Assembly (NCBI GenBank): GCA_963751275.1
Contig: CAVVTZ010000007.1
Coordinates: 832,001-896,000 of the forward strand
Source: an uncultured Gemmatimonadaceae bacterium
Lineage (GTDB): Bacteria; Gemmatimonadota; Gemmatimonadetes; Gemmatimonadales; Gemmatimonadaceae
Direction of reading: 5' to 3'
DNA length: 64,000 nt
Shown here: positions 55,594 to 64,000 of the stretch, in pieces
How the letters are laid out: each line of letters starts with the position of its first letter
How positions within the stretch are numbered: position 1 is the stretch's first letter
Notes under the pieces: generated by a model
What the model saw: only the letters and a program-made list of their open reading frames with translations
What the model was told of the DNA's origin: nothing
Database searches by the model: none
Translations under genes and position numbers: made by a program

Positions 55594-56937
55594 ATGAATC
55601 TCAGTCGCAGTGCTCGGTCCCTGTCCGTGCTCGCCGTCATGGCGGGCACGGCGGGGTTCGCGCGCGCCGGCGTGGCGCAGAACATGGCGCCCGTGTCGGC
55701 CGGCACGGTGGACGGCGTGGTCGCGATCGTCGGCAGCGACGCCATCCTCCGCACCGATCTCGAGGAGCGGATCGTCGCCTACCGCGCGAGCGGTGCGACG
55801 CTCCCGACCGATTCCGTGGGGCAGCGCGCGCTCATGGAGCGCTTCCTCAACGAACTGATCGACGAGGACCTGCTCATCCAGAAAGCGAACGAGCTGAAGG
55901 TGACGGTCAGCGAGAGCGACTACGCACCGACGGTGGACAAGCAGATCGCGCAGATCCGCAGCCGGTTCACCAGCGAGGCGGAATTCCGCAGCGAGCTCCG
56001 CAAGGCGGGCTTCGGCACGCCGGAGGAGTACCGCAAGTTCATGATGGATGGCGCCCAGAAGCAGGCGCTGCAGCAGAAGCTCTTCGAGAAGCTGCGCGAG
56101 GACAAGAAGATGCCGAACGTGCCGGTGACGGACGCGGAAGTGGACGCGTACTTCGCCGCGCATAAGGGGGAGATCCCGCGGCTGCCGTCGTCCGTGACGC
56201 TGCGGCAGGTGGTGGTGACGCCGCAGCCGAGCCCGCACGCGGACTCGGCGGCGTTCTGGCGCGCCGACTCCATCTACAACCAGATCATGAAGGGCGGCGA
56301 CTTCGAGCAGATCGCGAAGCGCGTATCGGAGGACCAGGCCACGCGCGAACTGGGCGGCGATTTCGGCTGGCGGCGCCGCGGCGACTTCGTGCCGGAGTTC
56401 GATCAGGTCTATTTCGGCATGCTGCCCGGCCACGTCAGCCCGCCCTTCCGCACGACCATCGGCTGGCACATCGTGCGCGTGGACCGCGTGCAGCCGTCCG
56501 AGGTGAAGGGGCGCCAGATCCTGATCCGTCCGAAGATCGATTCGGCGGACATCGCGAAGGCGCGCCTGCGGGCGGACAGCGTCGCGGCCGCATGGCGCAA
56601 GGGCGCGAAGTTCGATACGCTCGCCAAGAAATACCACGATCCGACCGAGGAGAAGGCGATCCTCAATCCCTTCCCGCAGGCGCAGCTGCCGGTGGAGTAC
56701 CAGACCGCGTTCAAGGGGCACAAGGCCGGCGACATCCTCGACCCGTTCACGATGATGGACAAGTCGCGGGGCGTGCCCAAGTTCTTCGTCGTGGAGATCG
56801 TGACCATCGACAATGACCGCGATGCGTCGGTGGCCGATTGGCGCGACCGGATCCGCGATCAGCTCGCGCAGGAGAAGGCGATCCGCCGCTATCTCGACAA
56901 CCTCCGGCGCGAGACGTTCGTGGTGGTGCGCCTCTAA
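55594..56937 (+). CDS. surA: SurA-like chaperone/PPIase
   Basis: VDGVVAIVG, LIDEDLL.QKA, two parvulin-like domains. Upstream of pdxA. Confidence 0.82.
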   Translation: MNLSRSARSLSVLAVMAGTAGFARAGVAQNMAPVSAGTVDGVVAIVGSDAILRTDLEERIVAYRASGATLPTDSVGQRALMERFLNELIDEDLLIQKANELKVTVSESDYAPTVDKQIAQIRSRFTSEAEFRSELRKAGFGTPEEYRKFMMDGAQKQALQQKLFEKLREDKKMPNVPVTDAEVDAYFAAHKGEIPRLPSSVTLRQVVVTPQPSPHADSAAFWRADSIYNQIMKGGDFEQIAKRVSEDQATRELGGDFGWRRRGDFVPEFDQVYFGMLPGHVSPPFRTTIGWHIVRVDRVQPSEVKGRQILIRPKIDSADIAKARLRADSVAAAWRKGAKFDTLAKKYHDPTEEKAILNPFPQAQLPVEYQTAFKGHKAGDILDPFTMMDKSRGVPKFFVVEIVTIDNDRDASVADWRDRIRDQLAQEKAIRRYLDNLRRETFVVVRL

Positions 56938-56940
56938 GCC

Positions 56941-57201
56941 GTGCGCGTGGACCTCGCGCTCAAGCGGCTGCTCCTCGTGAAGAGCCGCACCGAGGGAAAG
57001 GAGGCGTGCGACGTGGGAGCCGTATTGGTGAACGGCGCGCGCGCCAAGGCCTCCGCGGAAGTCCGCACCGGCGACCGCGTGCGCATCGACTTCTCGGACC
57101 GGACGCTCGAGATCCAGCTCACCGGCGAGATCGGCAAGAGCGTGAGCCGCGCCCAGGCGAAGACGCTGTACACCATCGTGCGCGACGACCGCGCGCCGTG
57201 A
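56941..57201 (+). CDS. S4-domain RNA-binding protein (Hsp15/YabO-like)
   Basis: MRVD..L....LVKSRT..KEAC..G.V.VNG..AKAS.EV..GD. Confidence 0.85.
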   Translation: MRVDLALKRLLLVKSRTEGKEACDVGAVLVNGARAKASAEVRTGDRVRIDFSDRTLEIQLTGEIGKSVSRAQAKTLYTIVRDDRAP

Positions 57202-58175
57202 CGCGCCCCGCGTTTCGGCCCAAGTTGGCGGTCACGCTCGGCGATCCCACGGGCATCGGGCCGGAGATCGTGGCCGCGGCCGCGGCGAACTCGCGCGTGC
57301 GCACGGCGTGCGATCTCGTGATCGTCGGCCCGGAGGGGACCGGCACGCCGGTGCAGGAGTCCGTGGGGCGCTGGAGAGGCGGAGCGTCTTATGGAAAGTT
57401 GCCCGCCGAATTGCCTCCCGAGTTGGCCGCCGAGTTCGCGGCCGGGTTGGGCGCCGAGATGGACGCCGAGTCGGCCGGCGCGCTCGCCGCGAAAGCGATC
57501 ATGCGCGCGGTGATGCTGGCGGAGCGCGGCGACGTGGCCGGCATCGTCACCGCGCCCATCGACAAGCACGAACTGCATTCGGCGGGGCATTTCGATCCCG
57601 GTCACACCGAGATGCTCGCGCGCCTTACGCACGTGCCCGTGGCGATGATGCTGGCCTCCGACCGCTTGCGCGTGATCCTCGCCACGACGCACATCGCGCT
57701 GCGCGAGGTGCCCACGATGCTCACGGGAGAGCGGATCGCAGCGACCGCGAAGATCGCGATCAAAGGACTCCGCGACTGGTACGGCATCGCGCAGCCGCGG
57801 ATCGCGCTCTGCGCGATGAACCCGCACGCCGGCGACCGCGGGAGCTTCGGCAGCGAAGACGACACGGTGCTCGCCCCCGCCGCGCGCGAGGCCGGCATCG
57901 CCGGACCCTTCCCGGCGGACACGGTGTTCGTGCGCGCTATGCAGGGCGAGTTCGACGCCGTGATCGCGCCATACCATGATGTGGGGATGACGGCGATCAA
58001 GGTCGCCTCCTTCGGGAGCGCGGTGAACGTCACGCTGGGTCTTCCGTTCCCGCGCACTTCCCCCGATCATGGCACCGCCAAGGACATCGCCGGCACCGGC
58101 CGCGCGAACCCGGAGAGCATGGTGCTCGCGATCCTCGAATGCGCCCGCATCGCCAAGGTGATCCATGGGGCATAG
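57198..58175 (+). CDS. pdxA: 4-hydroxythreonine-4-phosphate dehydrogenase
   Basis: TLGDPTGIGPEI, VTAPIDK, GHTE, NPHAG, GPFPADT, YHD, TLGLPF.RTSPDHGTA.DIAG. Confidence 0.93.
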   Translation: MTRPAFRPKLAVTLGDPTGIGPEIVAAAAANSRVRTACDLVIVGPEGTGTPVQESVGRWRGGASYGKLPAELPPELAAEFAAGLGAEMDAESAGALAAKAIMRAVMLAERGDVAGIVTAPIDKHELHSAGHFDPGHTEMLARLTHVPVAMMLASDRLRVILATTHIALREVPTMLTGERIAATAKIAIKGLRDWYGIAQPRIALCAMNPHAGDRGSFGSEDDTVLAPAAREAGIAGPFPADTVFVRAMQGEFDAVIAPYHDVGMTAIKVASFGSAVNVTLGLPFPRTSPDHGTAKDIAGTGRANPESMVLAILECARIAKVIHGA

Positions 58176-59100
58176 CCACTCGCACGGCGGACATGCGCAC
58201 CATCATGGTCACTCGCACGAGCACAGCGACGGCGGCGCCGACCAGCAGCGCCGGCTCACGATCGCGCTCACGATCACGGCCATCCTGCTGGTGGCCGAGT
58301 TCGCGGGCGGATGGATCGCGAACTCGCTCGCGCTCCTCGCCGACGCGGGACATTTGCTCACCGACGTGGCGGCGCTCGGTCTCTCGCTGCTCGTCGCGGT
58401 GCTGAGCCGCCGCCCCGAGACCCCCAAGCGCACCTACGGCTACCGCCGCCTCGAGATCCTCGCCGCCTTCGCGAACGGCTCGACGCTGCTGCTCATCTGC
58501 GCACTCATCATTTGGGAAGCGGTCGCGCGCCTGCGGCACCCCGAGCCGGTGGCCGGTCCGCTGATGCTCGCCGTGGGCGTGCTCGGCCTCGTCGCGAACC
58601 TCGCGTCGGCGCGCGTGCTGCACCCCGCGAGCCACGACAATCTGAACATGCGCGGCGCCTATCTCCACATCCTGGGCGACGTGCTGGGCTTCATCGGCAC
58701 GATCGTCGCCGCGCTGATCATCTGGCGCACCGGCTGGCTCCCGGCCGACACCATCGCCTCGATCTTCGTCACGCTGCTCATCGTGCGCGGCGCCTGGGCG
58801 CTCGTGCGCGACTCGGTGGACGTGCTCCTCGAATCGACGCCCTCCTACATCTCACTCGGCAAGGTCCGCGAGCAGTTGGAGGCGATCCCCGGCGTCGAGA
58901 GCGTGCACGACCTTCACGTGTGGACCGTCACGTCCGGTGTGGTCGCCATGAGCGCCCACGCCATCGTCCGGCAGCCCGAGCGCCACCAGCACGTGCTGGA
59001 GCATATCCACGACGCGATGGCGCTGTTCGGGATACAACATTTGACGATTCAAATGGAACGGCAGGAGATGTTCGAGAAGGAAGGGCACAGGCATGCGTAA
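58165..59100 (+). CDS. CDF-family Zn/Co/Cd transporter (CzcD/ZitB-like)
   Basis: His-rich N-terminus, SLALLADAGH.LTD, TYGY.RLE, NMRGAYLH..GD, VHDLHVW. Confidence 0.93.
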   Translation: MGHSHSHGGHAHHHGHSHEHSDGGADQQRRLTIALTITAILLVAEFAGGWIANSLALLADAGHLLTDVAALGLSLLVAVLSRRPETPKRTYGYRRLEILAAFANGSTLLLICALIIWEAVARLRHPEPVAGPLMLAVGVLGLVANLASARVLHPASHDNLNMRGAYLHILGDVLGFIGTIVAALIIWRTGWLPADTIASIFVTLLIVRGAWALVRDSVDVLLESTPSYISLGKVREQLEAIPGVESVHDLHVWTVTSGVVAMSAHAIVRQPERHQHVLEHIHDAMALFGIQHLTIQMERQEMFEKEGHRHA

Positions 59101-59101
59101 C

Positions 59102-59270
59102 GGCGAACGGCGACTGACGATTGACGACTGACGACTGACGCCTGCCCCGTTCGGTACCGTTGCGCCAGGCAGCTCTTTTCGTGATACTCTGGGCCGCGCC
59201 CATGACATCGCTCCCTCGCCGCACCCGTAGTTTGCAGGCGTCAATCGTCAGTCGTCAGTCGATGTTCGCC
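59102..59270. repeat. Family-E element: inverted heptamer tracts bracketing about 90 bp
   Basis: ggcgaac..cgactga cgattga cgactga cgactga cgcctg / caggcg tcaatcg tcagtcg tcagtcg..gttcgcc. Confidence 0.85.
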
Positions 59271-59290
59271 ACACGCCCTTCTCCGAGCCC

Positions 59291-60883
59291 ATGCCTCACT
59301 TAGATCGCTTCCTCTCCGCCCTCCTCACCAACGGCGCGACGGCCCTGCTGCTGCAGGCCGACGACTGCGCGCAGTTCGATTTCGCGGGGAGCCCGCGGCC
59401 GGTCACGAAGCAGCCGATCACCGGGGCGCAGCTCGCGGCGCTCATGAAGGAGATCGCGCCCGCCGACCTGCACGCCGACATCGACGCGGGGCGCGACATC
59501 ACGTTCAAGTACCGCACCACCGAGTGGGGCTTCAACGCGCGCTACGGGCTCGCGGCGGGACGCCTCGCGGCGAGCATTCGCCCCGAGAGCGCCAACGGCG
59601 ACGACGAGCAGGGCGCGACCACCGCGGCTGCGACGCCCGCGTCGGCCGCCGAGGCCGTTGCCGTGGCGGCGAATCCGGCGCGCGCCGAGATCCGCGTGAA
59701 CGCGGATTCCGAGCCCGCCGACAGCGCCTACCGCGATGAGCTCGAGACGCTGCTGCGCCGCCTCGTGGTGGATGGCGGCAGCGACCTGCACCTGCGCGTG
59801 GGCGAGCCGCCGGTGCTGCGCAAGGATGGCGAGATGAAGCGGCTGAAGGACGAGCGGCCGATGGACAACGCGCGGCTCGAGGTGATGCTCCGCACGATCA
59901 TGCCCGAGCGGAACCGCGATGAGTTCGCGGCCATCAACGACAGCGACTTCGCGTATGAGATCACCGGCGTCGCGCGCTTCCGCTGCAACGCGCTGCGGGA
60001 CCACCACGGCGCGGGCGCGGTGTTCCGCGTCATCCCCGCGAAGGTGGTCACGGTGGAGCAACTCGGCCTGAGCGAAGAGGTGCAGCAGCTCTGCAATCTC
60101 ACGCGCGGCCTCGTGCTCGTCACCGGGCCCACCGGCAGCGGCAAATCCACCACGCTCTGTGCGCTGGTGGACCGCTGCAACGCCACCCGCAACGACCACG
60201 TGATCACGATCGAGGACCCGATCGAGTTCGTGCACCAGAACAAGAAGTGCGTCATCACGCAGCGGCAGGTGGGCGTGCACACCAGCTCCTTCAAGCACGC
60301 GCTGCGCGCCGCGCTCCGCGAGGATCCGGACATCGTGCTCGTCGGCGAGCTGCGCGACCTCGAGACGGTGTCGATCGCGATCGAGACCGCCGAGACGGGG
60401 CACCTCGTGTTCGGCACCCTGCACACCACCGGCGCCGCGCAGACGATCGACCGTCTCATCGACCAGTTCCCCGCGGATGCGCAGGAGCAGATCCGCGTGA
60501 TGCTCTCCGAGAGCCTCAAGGGCGTCATCTCGCAGACGCTGTGCAAGAAGATCGGCGGCGGCCGCGTGGCCGCGCGCGAGATCCTGCTCAGCACCCAGGG
60601 CGTCTCCAACCTCATTCGCGAGGGGAAGACCTTCCAGCTGCAGAGCGTGCTCCAGACCTCGAAGAAGATGGGCATGGTGCCGCTCAGCGATGCGCTCATT
60701 GACCTCGTGGACACGAACCAGGTGGAGCCGCAGGAAGCCTACTTCAAGGCGAACGACAAGCCGGGCTTCGTGAACCTGCTGAAGGCCAAGGGCCACGACA
60801 TCTCCTTCCTCGACGGCGTCGAGCTCGCCGCGACGATGGGCTCCGCGCCGCCGCCGGCCGCGCCCGCCGGCAAGGGCCGCTGA
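59291..60883 (+). CDS. pilT: PilT-family retraction ATPase with an extra N-terminal domain
   Basis: SDLHL, GPTGSGKSTT, TIEDPIE, ALREDPD, GELRD, AETGHLVFGTLHT, NLIREGK. Confidence 0.9.
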   Translation: MPHLDRFLSALLTNGATALLLQADDCAQFDFAGSPRPVTKQPITGAQLAALMKEIAPADLHADIDAGRDITFKYRTTEWGFNARYGLAAGRLAASIRPESANGDDEQGATTAAATPASAAEAVAVAANPARAEIRVNADSEPADSAYRDELETLLRRLVVDGGSDLHLRVGEPPVLRKDGEMKRLKDERPMDNARLEVMLRTIMPERNRDEFAAINDSDFAYEITGVARFRCNALRDHHGAGAVFRVIPAKVVTVEQLGLSEEVQQLCNLTRGLVLVTGPTGSGKSTTLCALVDRCNATRNDHVITIEDPIEFVHQNKKCVITQRQVGVHTSSFKHALRAALREDPDIVLVGELRDLETVSIAIETAETGHLVFGTLHTTGAAQTIDRLIDQFPADAQEQIRVMLSESLKGVISQTLCKKIGGGRVAAREILLSTQGVSNLIREGKTFQLQSVLQTSKKMGMVPLSDALIDLVDTNQVEPQEAYFKANDKPGFVNLLKAKGHDISFLDGVELAATMGSAPPPAAPAGKGR

Positions 60884-63333
60884 GGATCCTCCGCGCCGCC
60901 GCCGCCGCGCTCGTTCTGGGCGGCGCGCTCTACGCGGGCGCGTTCAGCGTGCGCGGCGTGCCCGCGCTCGGCCCGCTGCTCGATCCCGCCAACGGCATCT
61001 GGCATGTGGCCGCGAACGCGGAGCTGCCGCGCGAGGCGAGCGCGCAAGTCCCGGGCCTCACCGCGCCCGTGCGCGTGCTGTACGACGACCGCGCCGTGCC
61101 GCACATCTTCGCCGCCACCGAAGCCGACGCGCAGCGCGCCCTCGGCTACGTCGTCGCGCGCGACCGCCTCTTCCAGCTCGAACTCCACGCCCACGCCGGC
61201 GCCGGCACCCTCACCGAAATGCTCGGCAAGCGCGCGCTGGGCATGGACCGCCGAATGCGAGGGTTGGGCTTGCCGCTCTCAGCGGAATGGAAGCTGGCGC
61301 AGGCGTCAGGCGTCAGTCGTCAATCGTCAGTCGGCATTTTTGCCTTTAGTGAGGGCGTCAACGCCTATATCACGAGCCTCGCCCCGCGCGACTATCCCTT
61401 CGAAGACAAACTCCTCTCCCGCGCGCCGTCGCCGTGGATGCCCATCAACAGCATCCACCTCTTCAACAACATGACGCTGGACCTCGCGTTCAACGGCCAG
61501 GAGATGACGAATCTCGCCGTGCGCCAGCGCGTGGGACGCGCCGCCGCGGACGCGCTCTTCCCGGTGAACAGTCCGGTGCAGGAACCGATCCAGGTGTCGA
61601 GCCGCGCCGAGCCGCGCACGGATTTCCGGATCATCCCGCCCCCGGGCAAGCCCGAGCCGTATCCGTGGCGGGTCGCGTCCACCGAACGATCGCGCGATGA
61701 GTTGATCATCGGCTCGAACAACTGGGCCGTGGCCCCGAAGCGCACGCACGATGGCCACGCGATCCTGGCCGGCGATCCGCACCTCGACCTCTCGCTCCCG
61801 TCGATCTGGTACGAGGCGCACCTCGTGGTGCCCGGCACCATGGATGTGTACGGCGTCACGATCCCCGGCGCGCCGTCGATCATCATCGGCTTCAACCGCG
61901 ACGTGGCGTGGAGCTTCACGAACGTCAGCGGCGATTTCGTGGACCGCTACGTGGAGACGGTGGACGACAGCGCGCATCCGACCCAGTACAAGCTCGATGG
62001 AAAATGGCGCCCGCTCACCACGCACATCGAGCAATACCGCGGTACGGACGGCGCGGTGATCGCGACGGACACGATCTACTGGACGCACCGCGGCCCGATG
62101 CACCATGTGAACGGCCGCTGGATCTCCATGCGCTGGACCGCGAACGACAGCTCGCTCAGCGCGACGACCTTCGAACACGCGCAGCACGCGCACTCCGTTG
62201 CCGAGTTCATGGCGGCGATGGCGCCGTACCGCTCGCCCGCGCAGAACATGCTCGCCGCCGACCGCGCGGGCACGATCGCGATCCGCTCCACCGGCGCGTA
62301 CCCCATCCGCCCCGGCGACGGCCGCGGCGACGAGCTGCGCAATGGATCCACCAGCAAGAGCGACTGGACCGGCTTCGTGCCGCTCGCGAAGTACCCGCAA
62401 TCGGTGAATCCCGCGCGCGGCTATCTCTCATCGAACAACCAGCAGCCCTTCGATCCCGCCGACGATGCGCGTTACCTCGGCAGCGACTGGCCGCCGCCCT
62501 GGCGCGCGATCCGCATCAACGAACTCATGCGCGCCGACGCGAACGTCACGATGGACGACATGCGCAAGTGGCAGACGGACCCGCACAGCGCGCGCGCGGA
62601 ACTGTTCGTGCCCGCGTTCGTCGCCGCGGCTCGCGCGCGCGCGAACTCGAACGATCCCGCGCTCGCGCGCGGCGCGGAAGTGCTCGCCGAGTGGGACCGC
62701 GCGTACACGGCGGACGACCAGCACGCCATTCTCTTCGAGAACGCCATGGCGGAGATGGTCGATCGCGTGTGGGACGAACTCGGCAGCGATGATATCGCGG
62801 GCGGGAGAGTGCCGACGCCGAGCGGGAGCGTGCTGGCCGAGCTGCTGCAGCAGCCGAAGAGCGCGTGGTGGGACGACAAGCGCACGCCCAAGGTCGAGAC
62901 GCGCGATGACATTCTCGCCGCGGCGCTCTCGGCGGCGTATACGCGCACCGTGAAGGAACTCGGCGAGCCCGACGAGGGCGGATGGCGGTGGGGGCGGCTG
63001 CGTCACGCGAACATCTACCACCTGCTCCAGATCCCGGCGCTCAGCGCGTTGCTGGTGCCGAGCCAGGGCGGGCCGAGCACGCTGAGCCCGGTGGGCTCCG
63101 ATGGAAGGCACGGCGCGAGCTGGCGGATGGTGGTGGAACTGGGCCCCGAAGTGCACGCGATGGCGACGTACCCCGGCGGGCAATCGGGGAATCCGGCCAG
63201 CGCGCGCTATCAGGATCATCTGGTGACGTGGAGCAAAGGAGAGCTGGACAGCGTGCGGTTCCCGAAGAGCGAGACCGCGCTCGACCGGCGGCTCGTGATC
63301 TCGACGCTCACTTTGACGCCGGCGGCCAAGTGA
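60880..63333 (+). CDS. Penicillin acylase (peptidase S45, Ntn hydrolase) family; start at CTG 60880 or GTG 60949
   Basis: D..VPHIFA, ARDRLFQ, GSNNWAV, DPHL, GASWRMVV, YPGGQSGNP. Confidence 0.92.
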   Translation: MRILRAAAAALVLGGALYAGAFSVRGVPALGPLLDPANGIWHVAANAELPREASAQVPGLTAPVRVLYDDRAVPHIFAATEADAQRALGYVVARDRLFQLELHAHAGAGTLTEMLGKRALGMDRRMRGLGLPLSAEWKLAQASGVSRQSSVGIFAFSEGVNAYITSLAPRDYPFEDKLLSRAPSPWMPINSIHLFNNMTLDLAFNGQEMTNLAVRQRVGRAAADALFPVNSPVQEPIQVSSRAEPRTDFRIIPPPGKPEPYPWRVASTERSRDELIIGSNNWAVAPKRTHDGHAILAGDPHLDLSLPSIWYEAHLVVPGTMDVYGVTIPGAPSIIIGFNRDVAWSFTNVSGDFVDRYVETVDDSAHPTQYKLDGKWRPLTTHIEQYRGTDGAVIATDTIYWTHRGPMHHVNGRWISMRWTANDSSLSATTFEHAQHAHSVAEFMAAMAPYRSPAQNMLAADRAGTIAIRSTGAYPIRPGDGRGDELRNGSTSKSDWTGFVPLAKYPQSVNPARGYLSSNNQQPFDPADDARYLGSDWPPPWRAIRINELMRADANVTMDDMRKWQTDPHSARAELFVPAFVAAARARANSNDPALARGAEVLAEWDRAYTADDQHAILFENAMAEMVDRVWDELGSDDIAGGRVPTPSGSVLAELLQQPKSAWWDDKRTPKVETRDDILAAALSAAYTRTVKELGEPDEGGWRWGRLRHANIYHLLQIPALSALLVPSQGGPSTLSPVGSDGRHGASWRMVVELGPEVHAMATYPGGQSGNPASARYQDHLVTWSKGELDSVRFPKSETALDRRLVISTLTLTPAAK

Positions 63334-63671
63334 TGCGCACCGTGCTGCGATTCGCGCTGCTGGCTGTGGCGTTCGCGTTGGCGACGCGCGCGGCGGGATG
63401 GTGGGCGGTTCCGGTGACGGCGGGGCTGTGGACGGTGATCTACCGCGGGCCATCGGGGGCGGCGTGGAAGACCGGACTGGCGGCGGTGATCGGATGGGGC
63501 GGGATCCTGCTATGGACCGCGGCGACCGGACCGCTCGGCGAACTGATGAGGAGATTCGCGGGAGTGGTAGGCGTACCGGCGGCCGGACTGATCGTGCTCA
63601 CGCTCGTGTTCGGGGGAGCGCTCTCCTGGAGCGCGGCCGAACTTACCGAGCAGCTACTACCGCGAAAGTAG
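63333..63671 (+). CDS. Small hypothetical membrane protein
   Basis: ATG overlaps the acylase stop (TGATG). Mostly hydrophobic. Confidence 0.7.
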   Translation: MRTVLRFALLAVAFALATRAAGWWAVPVTAGLWTVIYRGPSGAAWKTGLAAVIGWGGILLWTAATGPLGELMRRFAGVVGVPAAGLIVLTLVFGGALSWSAAELTEQLLPRK

Positions 63672-63986
63672 CACCCCTAACTCCGTATTTGGTCACCCGA
63701 ACTCCGCAATTAGCAGAAGAGTTGTGGTCACTGCTCAGGCGCCATTGGCGCTTGCGGCTACGGTTACCAGCAACGCTTGAGCCCTGACCACGCCTCAGTT
63801 GCCAAGTACGGAGTTCGGGGGACCAAGTACGTAGTTCTTGGGGTCCTGAGCCCTGACTGCGCCTCAGTTGCCAAGTACGGAGTTCGGGGGACCAAGAACG
63901 CAGTTCGTGGGGCTACCAGCAACGCCTGAGCCCTGACTATACCTCGGTCGCCAAGTACGGAGTTCGGGTGACCAAGGACGTAGTGC
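63671..63986. repeat. Compound repeat: three direct ~60-bp units plus an inverted partial unit
   Basis: tgagccctgac....cctc.gt.gccaagtacggagttcggg.gaccaag.acg.agt starting at 63778, 63847 and 63927. Inverted partial copy at 63671-63711. Confidence 0.9.
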
Positions 63987-64000
63987 ATGCCGTAATCTGT

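Noticed and set aside
63765..63986. Terminal repeats as a mini-CRISPR
   Set aside because: Repeats are ~60 bp with short, related linkers rather than unique 25-45 bp spacers.

Overview
Very GC-rich chromosome segment from a Gram-negative bacterium; gene content suggests Gemmatimonadota, which is an inference. Bases 1-11.3 kb are an accessory patch of short, mixed-orientation genes (PP2C, ArsR-YceI, two DUF3761-like paralogs, MASE1-GGDEF, MarR-ClC, Pal) ending at tRNA-Asn. The rest is mostly housekeeping: uvrA, FHA/PP2C/Ser-Thr kinase, pckA, maeB, a TonB receptor plus CzcCBA-type efflux unit, nfo, envC-ftsX-ftsE, ROK kinase, waaF, lepA, mfd, PPIases, pdxA, CDF, pilT and a penicillin acylase. 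Many genes carry clustered indels that look like sequencing or assembly errors. The main unexplained signal is non-coding. At least seven unrelated kinds of palindromic or repeat elements fill many intergenic gaps, and no transposase or integrase is visible. One ~160 bp hairpin family has 8 copies, with compensatory changes between arms and mixed arm types. Other palindromes have arms built from 6-, 7- or 9-nt tandem repeats, and the 7-nt units also occur in frame inside uvrA and the acylase gene. Also notable are two paralogous CxxC/RAPP upstream ORFs, one before the TonB receptor and one before the efflux genes, and a catalytically degenerate RpiB. All calls come from reading the sequence; no searches were run.
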